From the IMG/VR virus record IMGVR_UViG_3300010352_001202: 64,000 bases of DNA; one strand, written 5' to 3'. Of this stretch, positions 18,685 to 26,852 are shown piece by piece (the stretch's first letter is position 1; the number at the start of each line of letters is the position of its first letter). Position numbers and translations under genes: made by a program. Under the pieces are notes generated by a model. That model had not been told where the DNA came from. It did not search any database and saw nothing but the letters and a program-made list of their open reading frames with translations. Origin of the DNA: a virus. Lineage: Duplodnaviria; Caudoviricetes.

Positions 18685-19760
18685 CCACTATTAGACAAAT
18701 CTTAGATTTGAGACCCATACCCGGCGCCGACCAGATAGAGTTGGCAGTTGTAGATGGGTGGACTGTGGTAGTTAGAGTCGGAGAATTCAAACGCGGCGAT
18801 CCCTGCGTGTATTTTGAGATCGATAGCTTCCTGCCATTGCGTCCAGAGTTTGAACACATTCGTGCCCGTTGCTTCAAGAGAATGGGTGAACAGGAAGGGC
18901 TGCGTATCAAAACCATCCGTTTGCGTGGCCAGCTTAGCCAAGGCATGGCCTTACCGCTGACATCTTTTCCGGAAATTATTACCGAGTGGGACAGGCTGTG
19001 CAATGAAGGGCTGAAAGCAGCAAACACAACTATCCATGACGTTGACTTTTCCGAACTATTGGGTGTACAGAAGTACGAACCTCCTGTTCCTACACAGTTG
19101 GCTGGTAATGTCTCTGGAAATTTCCCCGGATTTATTCCAAAGACAGATCAAGAGCGTTGCCAAAACTATGGAAGAGAAATCTTTGTCGACAACGAAGGTG
19201 CTCGTTATGAGATTACTGTCAAGTTGGATGGTACATCTTTTACTGGGTATCGCAAAGACGAGGAAGACGGTGTCTGTGGCCGTAACTGGAAGCTGAAAGT
19301 TGATGACGACAATGCTACAAACTCCTTGGTTCGCATGTATGTAGACAGCGGATTACAAGCAGCATTAGCCAAATTAGGCATGAACTACGCTGTACAAGGT
19401 GAGCTCATGGGCCCTGGCATACAGAAGAATCGTGAGGGCTTTAAGATCACGAAACTGTTTGTGTTCGATATTTACGATATCGATAATGGATGCTATCTTG
19501 CTCCACATGCAAGGCACGAGGTGTTGTATCAACTGTGGGATTTGGGATTGGACCGTGATATGGTTGACCATGTTCCGGTGATCGCAATGGAAATGCCATT
19601 GGAAGAACTTGGCATCGAAAGTGTAGATCAACTCCTGGCTTATGCAGAAGGTCCGAGTATCGCTCACGCCATACGTGAAGGACTTGTGTTCAAACGAGTG
19701 GACGGTGGATTTAGCTTCAAGGCCATTAGCAACAAGTTCTTGCTGAAGGAAGAGGACTAA
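18672..19760 (+). CDS. RNA ligase, DRB0094/Rnl2-like family with N-terminal OB-type domain
   Basis: Motif I KLDGTS, QGELMG, FVFDI, EGLVFK, FKAISNKFL. Confidence 0.9.
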   Translation: MRKLATIRQILDLRPIPGADQIELAVVDGWTVVVRVGEFKRGDPCVYFEIDSFLPLRPEFEHIRARCFKRMGEQEGLRIKTIRLRGQLSQGMALPLTSFPEIITEWDRLCNEGLKAANTTIHDVDFSELLGVQKYEPPVPTQLAGNVSGNFPGFIPKTDQERCQNYGREIFVDNEGARYEITVKLDGTSFTGYRKDEEDGVCGRNWKLKVDDDNATNSLVRMYVDSGLQAALAKLGMNYAVQGELMGPGIQKNREGFKITKLFVFDIYDIDNGCYLAPHARHEVLYQLWDLGLDRDMVDHVPVIAMEMPLEELGIESVDQLLAYAEGPSIAHAIREGLVFKRVDGGFSFKAISNKFLLKEED

Positions 19761-19791
19761 TTTGTGATAAATAGCGTATCAAGGATACGCT

Positions 19792-20565
19792 ATGAGATTG
19801 CAAGAACTTTTCCTCGTTGAAACCACAGAAGAAGACAGGGCTATTATATCCCTGTCTACCGTCGTTTATGCATACCTAAAGAAGTATGCAGGTAAGAAGC
19901 TAAAAGATGGCGAAGTAATAAATGTAGGAACAGTGGGTCAACTGTTTGATACACCAATCAATATTTTAGATCCAGTTGAGATTCAACTATGGAATCATAA
20001 CGACATTCTAAAAGCATTCCCACAGCAGGCATCTGATGCAGATCAAGAAGATCCGGAAGAGGATGATCGCAATATTCTAGGTTTCTGGGATCCACAATCG
20101 GAAATTGTAGCACTGAATATTGATTACCTTGAATCAAATAGTCTAAAGGGTGCAGTAACACACGAATTGCGCCATGCGTTGGATGATTATAAGTCCGAGT
20201 TCAGGGCAGGTTCAAGCACAAGATACGACACACCGAAGAAAAAGGAACACAGAAAGGATCTATCAAATGATCCGTATGCGTCTGAGCTTGAGAAGAAGAA
20301 GCCTTACCACGCCAAGCCGGCCGAGATCAATGCCCGATTTGCAGAGGTACTGCATGGTGTGACTTTCCAGATAAAGCATTCTATGAAGTATCCACCAGAC
20401 CAAATCCGACCGAGAGTGATGAAGTTATTCATGAAGCTTCTAGACATGAAGCACATAGCTCACTTATTTCCAGAGAAAACACAATCTAAAGATTACAAGC
20501 GTTTGGTAAAACGCGGTATGGATTTTATAGATAAAGAGCTAGCACACCTCCAATCTCAAAAATGA
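19792..20565 (+). CDS. Putative virion protein with HExxH motif
   Basis: THELRH; late promoter at 19766; N-terminus MRLQELFLVE. Confidence 0.6.
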   Translation: MRLQELFLVETTEEDRAIISLSTVVYAYLKKYAGKKLKDGEVINVGTVGQLFDTPINILDPVEIQLWNHNDILKAFPQQASDADQEDPEEDDRNILGFWDPQSEIVALNIDYLESNSLKGAVTHELRHALDDYKSEFRAGSSTRYDTPKKKEHRKDLSNDPYASELEKKKPYHAKPAEINARFAEVLHGVTFQIKHSMKYPPDQIRPRVMKLFMKLLDMKHIAHLFPEKTQSKDYKRLVKRGMDFIDKELAHLQSQK

Positions 20566-20599
20566 TGTCTTTTTAACCTATTTCTGCAATGGTTATAGG

Positions 20600-20628
20600 T
20601 TGACAATATAAATAAAGCACACTATAAT
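20600..20628 (+). promoter_or_regulatory. Consensus sigma70 promoter driving RNA C
   Basis: TTGACA-17-TATAAT. Confidence 0.9.
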
Positions 20629-20643
20629 AGTGGCTACTTACAA

Positions 20644-20850
20644 AGAGTGGATACAGCAAACAAACCGACGCTGAAAGGCGACTATGGTGTTGATGTCGAT
20701 CTTACATGTGGAGGGTTTACCCGATGAAGCATAGTAAGGCCATCGCTCAACAAACTTCCTAGGACGAAGCAAAAGGTTCGAACTCGGGGTAAGGCCCGAA
20801 AGCAAACTAGTAATCCTTGTGGTGAAACATTTGTCCCTTACACCACTCTG
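20644..20850 (+). ncRNA. CAGCAA-module RNA C
   Basis: AGAGTGG/CCACTCT-G; ATACAGCAA; multi-hairpin interior. Confidence 0.75.
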
Positions 20851-20876
20851 TTTTCAATATCTAAATACAGACATAC

Positions 20877-21260
20877 ATGACAGTAAGTATTTCCTATTCC
20901 CTCGGAGCATTACACGAAGCTGCCAGATTTATTTGGGAGAATAATGAAAGTGTTCTAAACTGGCCTTGTTCCCCAACTTCGGCGTTTGATGTAATGACGC
21001 AAATTAGGGATATGATGGTCAAGGGAGCATTGGAAAATGCTGAGTTCTTAAAGAAAGAAAAGAACAAAACTTTATCAGCCGATGACGATTGGATGACATT
21101 CAATGGTACCGGCGGATATTATGTCCTGTATGAGCTCTTAAGTGAAGAAGATGATGAAGAAGTGCGCATCGGTATCGACATTTTGGTTGATCCCTCGGTT
21201 AGTCATCCTAACCCCCGGTACGTAACAGAAGTCGTTGACAACACAGAAGAGACTGTATAA
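20877..21260 (+). CDS. Hypothetical protein
   Basis: 127 aa ORF. Confidence 0.65.
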   Translation: MTVSISYSLGALHEAARFIWENNESVLNWPCSPTSAFDVMTQIRDMMVKGALENAEFLKKEKNKTLSADDDWMTFNGTGGYYVLYELLSEEDDEEVRIGIDILVDPSVSHPNPRYVTEVVDNTEETV

Positions 21261-21263
21261 ACT
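21235..21263 (+). promoter_or_regulatory. Sigma70-type promoter driving RNA D
   Basis: TTGACA-17-TAAACT. Confidence 0.7.
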
Positions 21264-21280
21264 AGAGACTTACTTGCTAA

Positions 21281-21390
21281 AGATTAGGTACAGCAAAAAA
21301 TAAAATTAGCATATTAGGGCACACTCGAAAGGGTGTATAACTAAGAACCTTTCTGAAGGGGAAAGCAAAAACTCGTCAAAACCTAATCTG
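21281..21390 (+). ncRNA. CAGCAA-module RNA D
   Basis: AGATTAGGT/ACCTAATCT-G; GTACAGCAA; ACACTC-GAAA-GGGTGT hairpin. Confidence 0.75.
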
Positions 21391-21400
21391 ATCTAATTTT

Positions 21401-22024
21401 ATGTATGGACATTGGATTACAAAGATAGAATTTAATCCGGATGATTATATCGGGTTTGTTTATCTTGTGATTAATGTTCTTACAGATCAAAAATATATCG
21501 GCAAGAAAAATTTCAGAGTTAATACACGAACCACAGAAAGGTGGGAAGAGTATACTTCGAGTTCGAAGTATCTAACTAAAGATATTTTAAAATTAGGAAA
21601 AGAAAATTTTCGATTTGAGATTTTATTTCTGTGTAAAACAAAAGAAGAATTAGATAATTTAGAAATAGAAGAACAAAAAAGAAGAAATATACTTAGATCC
21701 TTATTGCCTAACGGCACACGAGAATATTATAATAGGTATATACATAAGGTCGGTCTTAGCACAAATGGGGCTAAATTTAGCGAAGATGTAAAAGAAAAAA
21801 TGCGTAAAACACATACTGGTGTTCCGCATAATTCTAAAGATAAGAAAGTATATCAGTTTAAAGATACAAACACTGGTATTGTCCAAAATTGGACAAGAAA
21901 AGAATTCCAAAATATAGTGGGTGCTGATCCCTGTAAATTAGTTATAGGTAAGGCAAAATCTGTAAGAAAATGGATTTGTTTAGATCCGATTGATGGGATA
22001 AGGAATTATCCTAAGAGAAAGTAA
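21401..22024 (+). mobile_element. GIY-YIG endonuclease
   Basis: GFVYLVIN...KYIGKK...WEEYTSSS...YYN. Confidence 0.85.
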
Positions 22025-22030
22025 TTTTAA

Positions 22031-22150
22031 AGATTCCGTTCCGCAACTAAAATTAATAAACCGAGGTATGTGGGTTCGAGCCCCACTCTCATTGGCAACA
22101 GTGAGATAGTCGAATTGGTATAGACATTGGTCAAATAAAAAGCGAATCTG
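22031..22150 (+). ncRNA. CAGCAA-module RNA E: circularly permuted tRNA mimic (YrlA-like Y RNA)
   Basis: AGATTC/GAATCT-G; GTTCCGCAA; then T arm, GCAA-capped acceptor stem and D arm in permuted order. Confidence 0.85.
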
Positions 22151-22152
22151 AT

Positions 22153-22497
22153 ATGAAAAATACATACACATTTTTAGTCCTAATTTCTGCAATGTGTTCA
22201 TCATTTGCCGGTCCACCTAAAAATAATGTCGAGCTTGAAGATAAATGTTATGCATTGCTAAAACCTCATATTGAAGGTGCGACAATAAAAGGTGTTAGAT
22301 GGAATAGATACGGCGATGAAGTATCGTTTTCTCTTTCTAAGAATGTAGGATATAATCTGACAAGTTTTGCAGAATGTTACATCGATAACGGGGATGTAAA
22401 ACGGCGCTTTGAATCAAAGGCCGAAGGAAAGATCCGTTACGCCGAGGAACAACGAAAGCGTGCCGAAGAAGAAAAGAAATTAAGAAGATTTAAATAA
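22153..22497 (+). CDS. Secreted hypothetical protein
   Basis: N-terminal signal peptide. Confidence 0.6.
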   Translation: MKNTYTFLVLISAMCSSFAGPPKNNVELEDKCYALLKPHIEGATIKGVRWNRYGDEVSFSLSKNVGYNLTSFAECYIDNGDVKRRFESKAEGKIRYAEEQRKRAEEEKKLRRFK

Positions 22498-22499
22498 TT

Positions 22500-22691
22500 A
22501 TGGGATTTAGATTTCGTAAAAGTATAAAGGTTGGTGGAATTAAGTTAAATCTTGGTAAGACCGGATTAACCAGTGTTTCGGTAAAACCGACTAAAAATAC
22601 AAATATCTCAGCAGGTAAGACCGGAGTCACCGGATCTGTATCTTGGTTAGGCACCGGACTTAGTTATATTTTCAAGATATTCAAATGGTAA
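22500..22691 (+). CDS. DUF4236-like protein
   Basis: MGFRFRKSIKVGGIKLNLGKTG...GTGLSY. Confidence 0.8.
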   Translation: MGFRFRKSIKVGGIKLNLGKTGLTSVSVKPTKNTNISAGKTGVTGSVSWLGTGLSYIFKIFKW

Positions 22692-22876
22692 AAATGAAAG
22701 CATTAGTTCTTTTGGCAGCTATATTCTTGGCAACCTCAGCAAGTGCTACAGGTGGTAGATTAAATAGCAAGGGATGTCATAATAGTAAGAAGGTCGGATA
22801 TCATTGCCATAGAAGTCAAGATAAACCTGCACCTGTTAAGAAAGAAAAAGTTATTCCAAAGAAGAATAAACAATAA
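22685..22876 (+). CDS. Secreted YHYH-like small protein
   Basis: Signal peptide; GGRLNSKGCHN...GYHCH. Confidence 0.75.
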   Translation: MVKMKALVLLAAIFLATSASATGGRLNSKGCHNSKKVGYHCHRSQDKPAPVKKEKVIPKKNKQ

Positions 22877-22909
22877 AGAATTTTGACAGCAACTTAAAAT
22901 AAAATTCTG
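22877..22909 (+). promoter_or_regulatory. Cargo-less CAGCAA module F in the DUF2828 gene leader
   Basis: AGAATTTT-GACAGCAACTTAAAAT-AAAATTCT-G, immediately before the GGAG SD. Confidence 0.75.
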
Positions 22910-22924
22910 AACGGAGAAACAAAA

Positions 22925-24313
22925 ATGACAACACTATTTGAAGCAGTAAACGCAAACGCAACAACAGCAAACGGGGCCGTGACAAACGCATCGTCTCTAA
23001 ATAAAAATGTGGACCTTTTCTTCCTTGCTGGTGCAAGCCGCGGTAAGGATATCACTTCTACCTTCGCCGGAGCCTTCGTTGAAGACTCCGAAGTTGCAAC
23101 TCGTATCCTTCAGTGGGCACGTGATGCACGCGGTGGAGCAGGTGAGCGTGAAACTTTCCGTAAGTTGTTCGGCTATCTGTTGAAGAACGAAATCGCAATC
23201 GCTTCTCGCGTGCTTGTAAAGGCACCTGAGCTTGGCCGTTGGGACGACGTTTTGATCGCCTTCGGTACACCTATCGAGCGTGAAGCTCTGCGTATGATCG
23301 CCTTTGCTTTGAACGAAGTAAAGGATGGTCTGTGCGCAAAGTGGATGCCGCGTCAGGGTGCGGAAGCGAACAAGATTCGCTCGTACATGAAGTTGACTCC
23401 GAAGCAATATCGTAAGCTCTTGGTTGGCTTGTCCAACACTGTTGAGCAGAAGATGTGTGCCCAGGATTGGACTGGAATCGTGTATCCGCATGTTCCGTCG
23501 GTTGCTGCTGGTCGTTACCAGAAGGCTTTCTTGAAGCACGATCCTTCGGGATATGCGAAGTACAAGGAAAAGCTGGTTTCGGGCGAAGCGAAGATCAACG
23601 CATCGGTTGCTTACCCGTACGACGTGATTCGTTCACTTCGTAACGGCGATAAGGTTGTTGCTAACGCACAATGGGATGCATTGCCAAACTATCTTGAAGG
23701 TTCGGACGAAAACATCCTCCCGGTTGTTGACGTTTCGGGTTCTATGGATTTCCAAGTGTCTGGTAGCGTAACTGCTATGGACGTTGCGATCTCCTTGGGA
23801 TTGTACACTTCGGAACGTATGGGTGGTGTGTTCAAGGACCAGTTCGTGACATTCTCGAGCCAGCCGGAAATGCTGCACTTGAAGGGCAACCTTCAACAGC
23901 GTTATGACGCAATGGCTCGTTCCAACTGGGCAATGAGCACAGATATCCAGGCTGTGTTCAAGTTGATCTTGACTTCGGCAACGAAGCATAAGGTTGCTCA
24001 GAAGGAAATGCCGACAAAGATCCTGATCTTGTCGGACATGGAATTCAACACTTGCGTTACTGGCGGAACAAGCGTTAGCGCAATGAACATGATTGAGAAG
24101 GAATATGCTGCCGCAGGGTACAAGGTTCCGCAGGTTGTGTTCTGGAACCTGAAGGGTCGTGCTGGAAACAGCCCGGTTACCTACAACCAGTCCGGAACTG
24201 CACTTGTGTCGGGCTTCTCTCCGAGCATCGTTAAGTCGGTACTTGGTGGTGAAGAAATGACACCGATCAGCATCATGCTGAAGACTGTAATGGTCCAGAG
24301 ATACGACTTCTAA
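22925..24313 (+). CDS. DUF2828-family helical + vWA protein (TROVE/Ro60-like architecture)
   Basis: RDARGGAGER, GRWDD, KWMP; vWA VVDVSGSM, LILSDMEF, VFWN. Confidence 0.85.
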   Translation: MTTLFEAVNANATTANGAVTNASSLNKNVDLFFLAGASRGKDITSTFAGAFVEDSEVATRILQWARDARGGAGERETFRKLFGYLLKNEIAIASRVLVKAPELGRWDDVLIAFGTPIEREALRMIAFALNEVKDGLCAKWMPRQGAEANKIRSYMKLTPKQYRKLLVGLSNTVEQKMCAQDWTGIVYPHVPSVAAGRYQKAFLKHDPSGYAKYKEKLVSGEAKINASVAYPYDVIRSLRNGDKVVANAQWDALPNYLEGSDENILPVVDVSGSMDFQVSGSVTAMDVAISLGLYTSERMGGVFKDQFVTFSSQPEMLHLKGNLQQRYDAMARSNWAMSTDIQAVFKLILTSATKHKVAQKEMPTKILILSDMEFNTCVTGGTSVSAMNMIEKEYAAAGYKVPQVVFWNLKGRAGNSPVTYNQSGTALVSGFSPSIVKSVLGGEEMTPISIMLKTVMVQRYDF

Positions 24314-24330
24314 GAGGTTGTTCTCCTAAA

Positions 24331-24354
24331 AAAGGGGCAGAAACTGCCCCTTTT
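24331..24354 (+). terminator. Intrinsic terminator
   Basis: AAAGGGGCAG-AAA-CTGCCCCTTTT. Confidence 0.85.
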
Positions 24355-24430
24355 CCTTTGGTTAAACCGTTATTAAAAGATAAATAGACATATAATGCTA
24401 AATACAGCATATAAACATCAGGAGGTTCTT

Positions 24431-24619
24431 ATGAACAAGTTTATCTTATCGTTGGCAGTTGTTATGGGTGCAGTTGCTCTTACAGCTTGCGGTGGTGGTT
24501 TCAGTGATTCGCCAGAACAAAAAGCATTCAAGGCTTTTGTTGAAAAGTGCAAAAAGGATCCTAGCACAGCAGATTGCAAGGCATGGAAGGAAAATAATAC
24601 TTCCCCGGGCGGCAACTAA
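24431..24619 (+). CDS. Small lipoprotein
   Basis: Lipobox LTAC; GGAGG SD. Confidence 0.75.
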   Translation: MNKFILSLAVVMGAVALTACGGGFSDSPEQKAFKAFVEKCKKDPSTADCKAWKENNTSPGGN

Positions 24620-24631
24620 AAAGTTGTAAAG

Positions 24632-24659
24632 AAAAGGGGCTGCAAGACAGCCCTTTTTT
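24632..24659 (+). terminator. Intrinsic terminator
   Basis: GGGCTG-CAAGA-CAGCCC followed by a U-tract. Confidence 0.8.
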
Positions 24660-24664
24660 ACGAG

Positions 24665-25057
24665 ATGAAATCTAAGTGTTTAAATTGTCTCCAAGAATTT
24701 GAATATAATCCGCATCAAAATGCAGGTTTATATTGTTCAAATTCTTGCAGAGGAATACATAAATCCAGGCTTCATAAAGAAGCCTGGTATGCAGGTACAT
24801 TAACAAAGAAGATCGATCGTCCTACTATTAGAAAATATCTAACAGAGGATCGAGGATATAATTGTGAAATATGTAAATTATCAGAATGGCAAAATCAGCC
24901 CATAACACTTGAGGTTGATCACACCGATGGAAATTCTGCAGACGATAACCCGAGTAATGTAAGATTGATATGCCCCAATTGTCACAGTCAATCACCACAT
25001 CGCGGCGCTGCCAATAAGGGTAGAGGTCGTAAATCTTTAGGACTTTCGTTATACTAG
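24665..25057 (+). mobile_element. HNH endonuclease
   Basis: CEICK...LEVDHTDGN...NVRLICPNCH. Confidence 0.9.
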
Positions 25058-25071
25058 ATAAATAAACATAT

Positions 25072-25146
25072 GCGGGTGTGGTGCTAGTGGTAACACATAT
25101 CCTTGCCAAGGACAAGTTACGGGTTCGATTCCCGTCTCCCGCTCCA
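25072..25146 (+). tRNA. tRNA-Gly(GCC)
   Basis: Loop TTGCCAA; U73; CCA. Confidence 0.9.
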
Positions 25147-25200
25147 AAATTAAAGCCCTAGTGATAAATACTTCACTAGGGCTTTTCCTTGGAGTTTATT

Positions 25201-25620
25201 ATGAAGAAATTATTAGTTGCAGCATTTTTATCAATTGTATCAATGGCATCTTTCGCTACAGATATGACATTGCCAATCCGTGACATTGTAGACGGTGACA
25301 CAATCAGAACAGCAGTAAAGCTACCGTGTCCGCTATGTACTGTATCCGTTAGAATTCGCGGTATTGACACGCCCGAATCAACCTATCTAGCCAAGTGTCC
25401 TGCAGAGAAGGCAAAGGCATTGCAAGCAAAGGCATATATGATTACATTGGTTGGTAAACACACGACAATGGTTGCTAAGGATGTAAAATGGGATAAGTAT
25501 GGCGGCAGAATCGATGCAGTTGTTGAGGTCAACGGTGTTGATGTTGGTAAGGATATGATTGAAAAGGGTTTTGCTAAACCCTATAGCGGAGTAGGCAAAA
25601 AGCCGGATTGGTGTAATTGA
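25201..25620 (+). CDS. Secreted thermonuclease (SNase-like)
   Basis: IVDGDT, RIRGIDTPE, DKYGGR; signal peptide. Confidence 0.9.
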   Translation: MKKLLVAAFLSIVSMASFATDMTLPIRDIVDGDTIRTAVKLPCPLCTVSVRIRGIDTPESTYLAKCPAEKAKALQAKAYMITLVGKHTTMVAKDVKWDKYGGRIDAVVEVNGVDVGKDMIEKGFAKPYSGVGKKPDWCN

Positions 25621-25645
25621 CCAGAGTTTAGTTTGTTGTTATAAT
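25617..25645 (+). promoter_or_regulatory. Sigma70-type promoter
   Basis: TTGACC-17-TATAAT. Confidence 0.75.
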
Positions 25646-25665
25646 AAAGACATAAATAAGTATAA

Positions 25666-25741
25666 GCCCTTTTAGCTCATTTGGCAGAGCAACGCACTTG
25701 TAATGCGTAGGTGGTCAGTTCGAATCCGACAAAGGGCACCA
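25666..25741 (+). tRNA. tRNA-Thr(TGT)
   Basis: Canonical cloverleaf; loop CTTGTAA. Confidence 0.95.
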
Positions 25742-25759
25742 GATAATAATGAGAATAAC

Positions 25760-26011
25760 ATGGCCACACTTAAGATTAATGTTGATAGCACTTTTGATGT
25801 TGATGTAACGGTTCGTGAGAGCGATAAGTATTCTCAGCTTGCATTTGTTAAGTTTGAAAAGAATTTTCGTCCAGAACATATTCATGCATGCAATGAATTG
25901 TTTCTTACCCCGACACAACTCGAATTGTTAGGCCGATTCTTTATTAGGCAGGCAGATGCAATGCAAACAGCCCAGTCAATTCGTAAGAAGACTGAGATCT
26001 GTCAAGGCTAA
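25760..26011 (+). CDS. Hypothetical protein
   Basis: ORF starting after the tRNA. Confidence 0.6.
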   Translation: MATLKINVDSTFDVDVTVRESDKYSQLAFVKFEKNFRPEHIHACNELFLTPTQLELLGRFFIRQADAMQTAQSIRKKTEICQG

Positions 26012-26430
26012 TGATTTTTAGCTGCCTGCATTGCGGAAAGAAAAAGAAAGGATTTCCGTCTAGCCTCAATAAATATTGTACAAAGAATTGCCAGAGAGAA
26101 TTTGAGTATAATAAATATATTCAGGATTGGAAAAGTGGATTAGTCGACGGTTCTAAGGGTGTAAAGAATTTACAAACTTCGAATTATATTCAGCGTTATA
26201 TAAGAGAAAAATTTAAAGATACATGCGTTGAATGTGGTCAAAATAATATGCACAACGGAAAATTGCTATCGATGCAGTTAGAACATATTGATAGTGATAG
26301 TTCTAACAATTTAGAAAATAATCTATCATTACTTTGCCCGAATTGTCATACTCAGACCGAGTTTTATGGTTCTAAGAATAAAGGTAATGGAAGAGGATCG
26401 ATAAGAAAACAACGCGGGTATGGTATATAG
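26011..26430 (+). mobile_element. HNH endonuclease (paralog of 24665..25057)
   Basis: CVECG...QLEHID...NLSLLCPNCH. Confidence 0.9.
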
Positions 26431-26487
26431 GTTGTGCCCTAGCCTTCCAAGCTATAGAATCCGGTTCGAGTCCGGATACCCGCTCCA
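26414..26487 (+). tRNA. tRNA-Gly(TCC)
   Basis: GCGGGTA/TACCCGC; loop CTTCCAA; TCCA. Confidence 0.92.
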
Positions 26488-26628
26488 AATATGATTGTAT
26501 TTAAAATCTTCTGTGTCTTAGCAATTGCCTATATTCTGAGACATATATTCTTCCAGAAAGATTACACCGAAGTAGATGTTATTATGGAAGAATATAAAGA
26601 AATGCGAAATAAAAAAGATAAATAAAGT

Positions 26629-26736
26629 ATGTTAAACTTATTGATCGGTATTGCACTTGGTGCAGCTTTTTCTCCCTTCTGGATTATGCTCTGGAATAAG
26701 GGTAAAGAGCTCATATCAAGCTCCACAAAAAAATAA
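26629..26736 (+). CDS. 35-aa membrane peptide
   Basis: GATAAATA-AAGT-ATG; hydrophobic helix. Confidence 0.5.
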   Translation: MLNLLIGIALGAAFSPFWIMLWNKGKELISSSTKK

Positions 26737-26743
26737 AGAATTT

Positions 26744-26837
26744 GGGAGTATAGCTCAACGGTAGAGCGACAGGCTTATACCCTGTGTAAGCACTAGATAG
26801 GTGCACGATCTAGGTTCGAATCCTGGTACTCCTACCA
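26744..26837 (+). tRNA. tRNA with anticodon TAT (Ile) and long variable arm
   Basis: Loop CTTATAC; ~24-nt variable region; ACCA. Confidence 0.85.
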
Positions 26838-26852
26838 GAAGGAATAAAAGAT

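Noticed and set aside
20644-20850. Hammerhead ribozyme or T arm in RNA C (CCGATGA, CGAAA, GGTTCGAAC)
   Set aside because: The core is not CTGATGA with the required stems, and GGTTCGAAC has no flanking stem.
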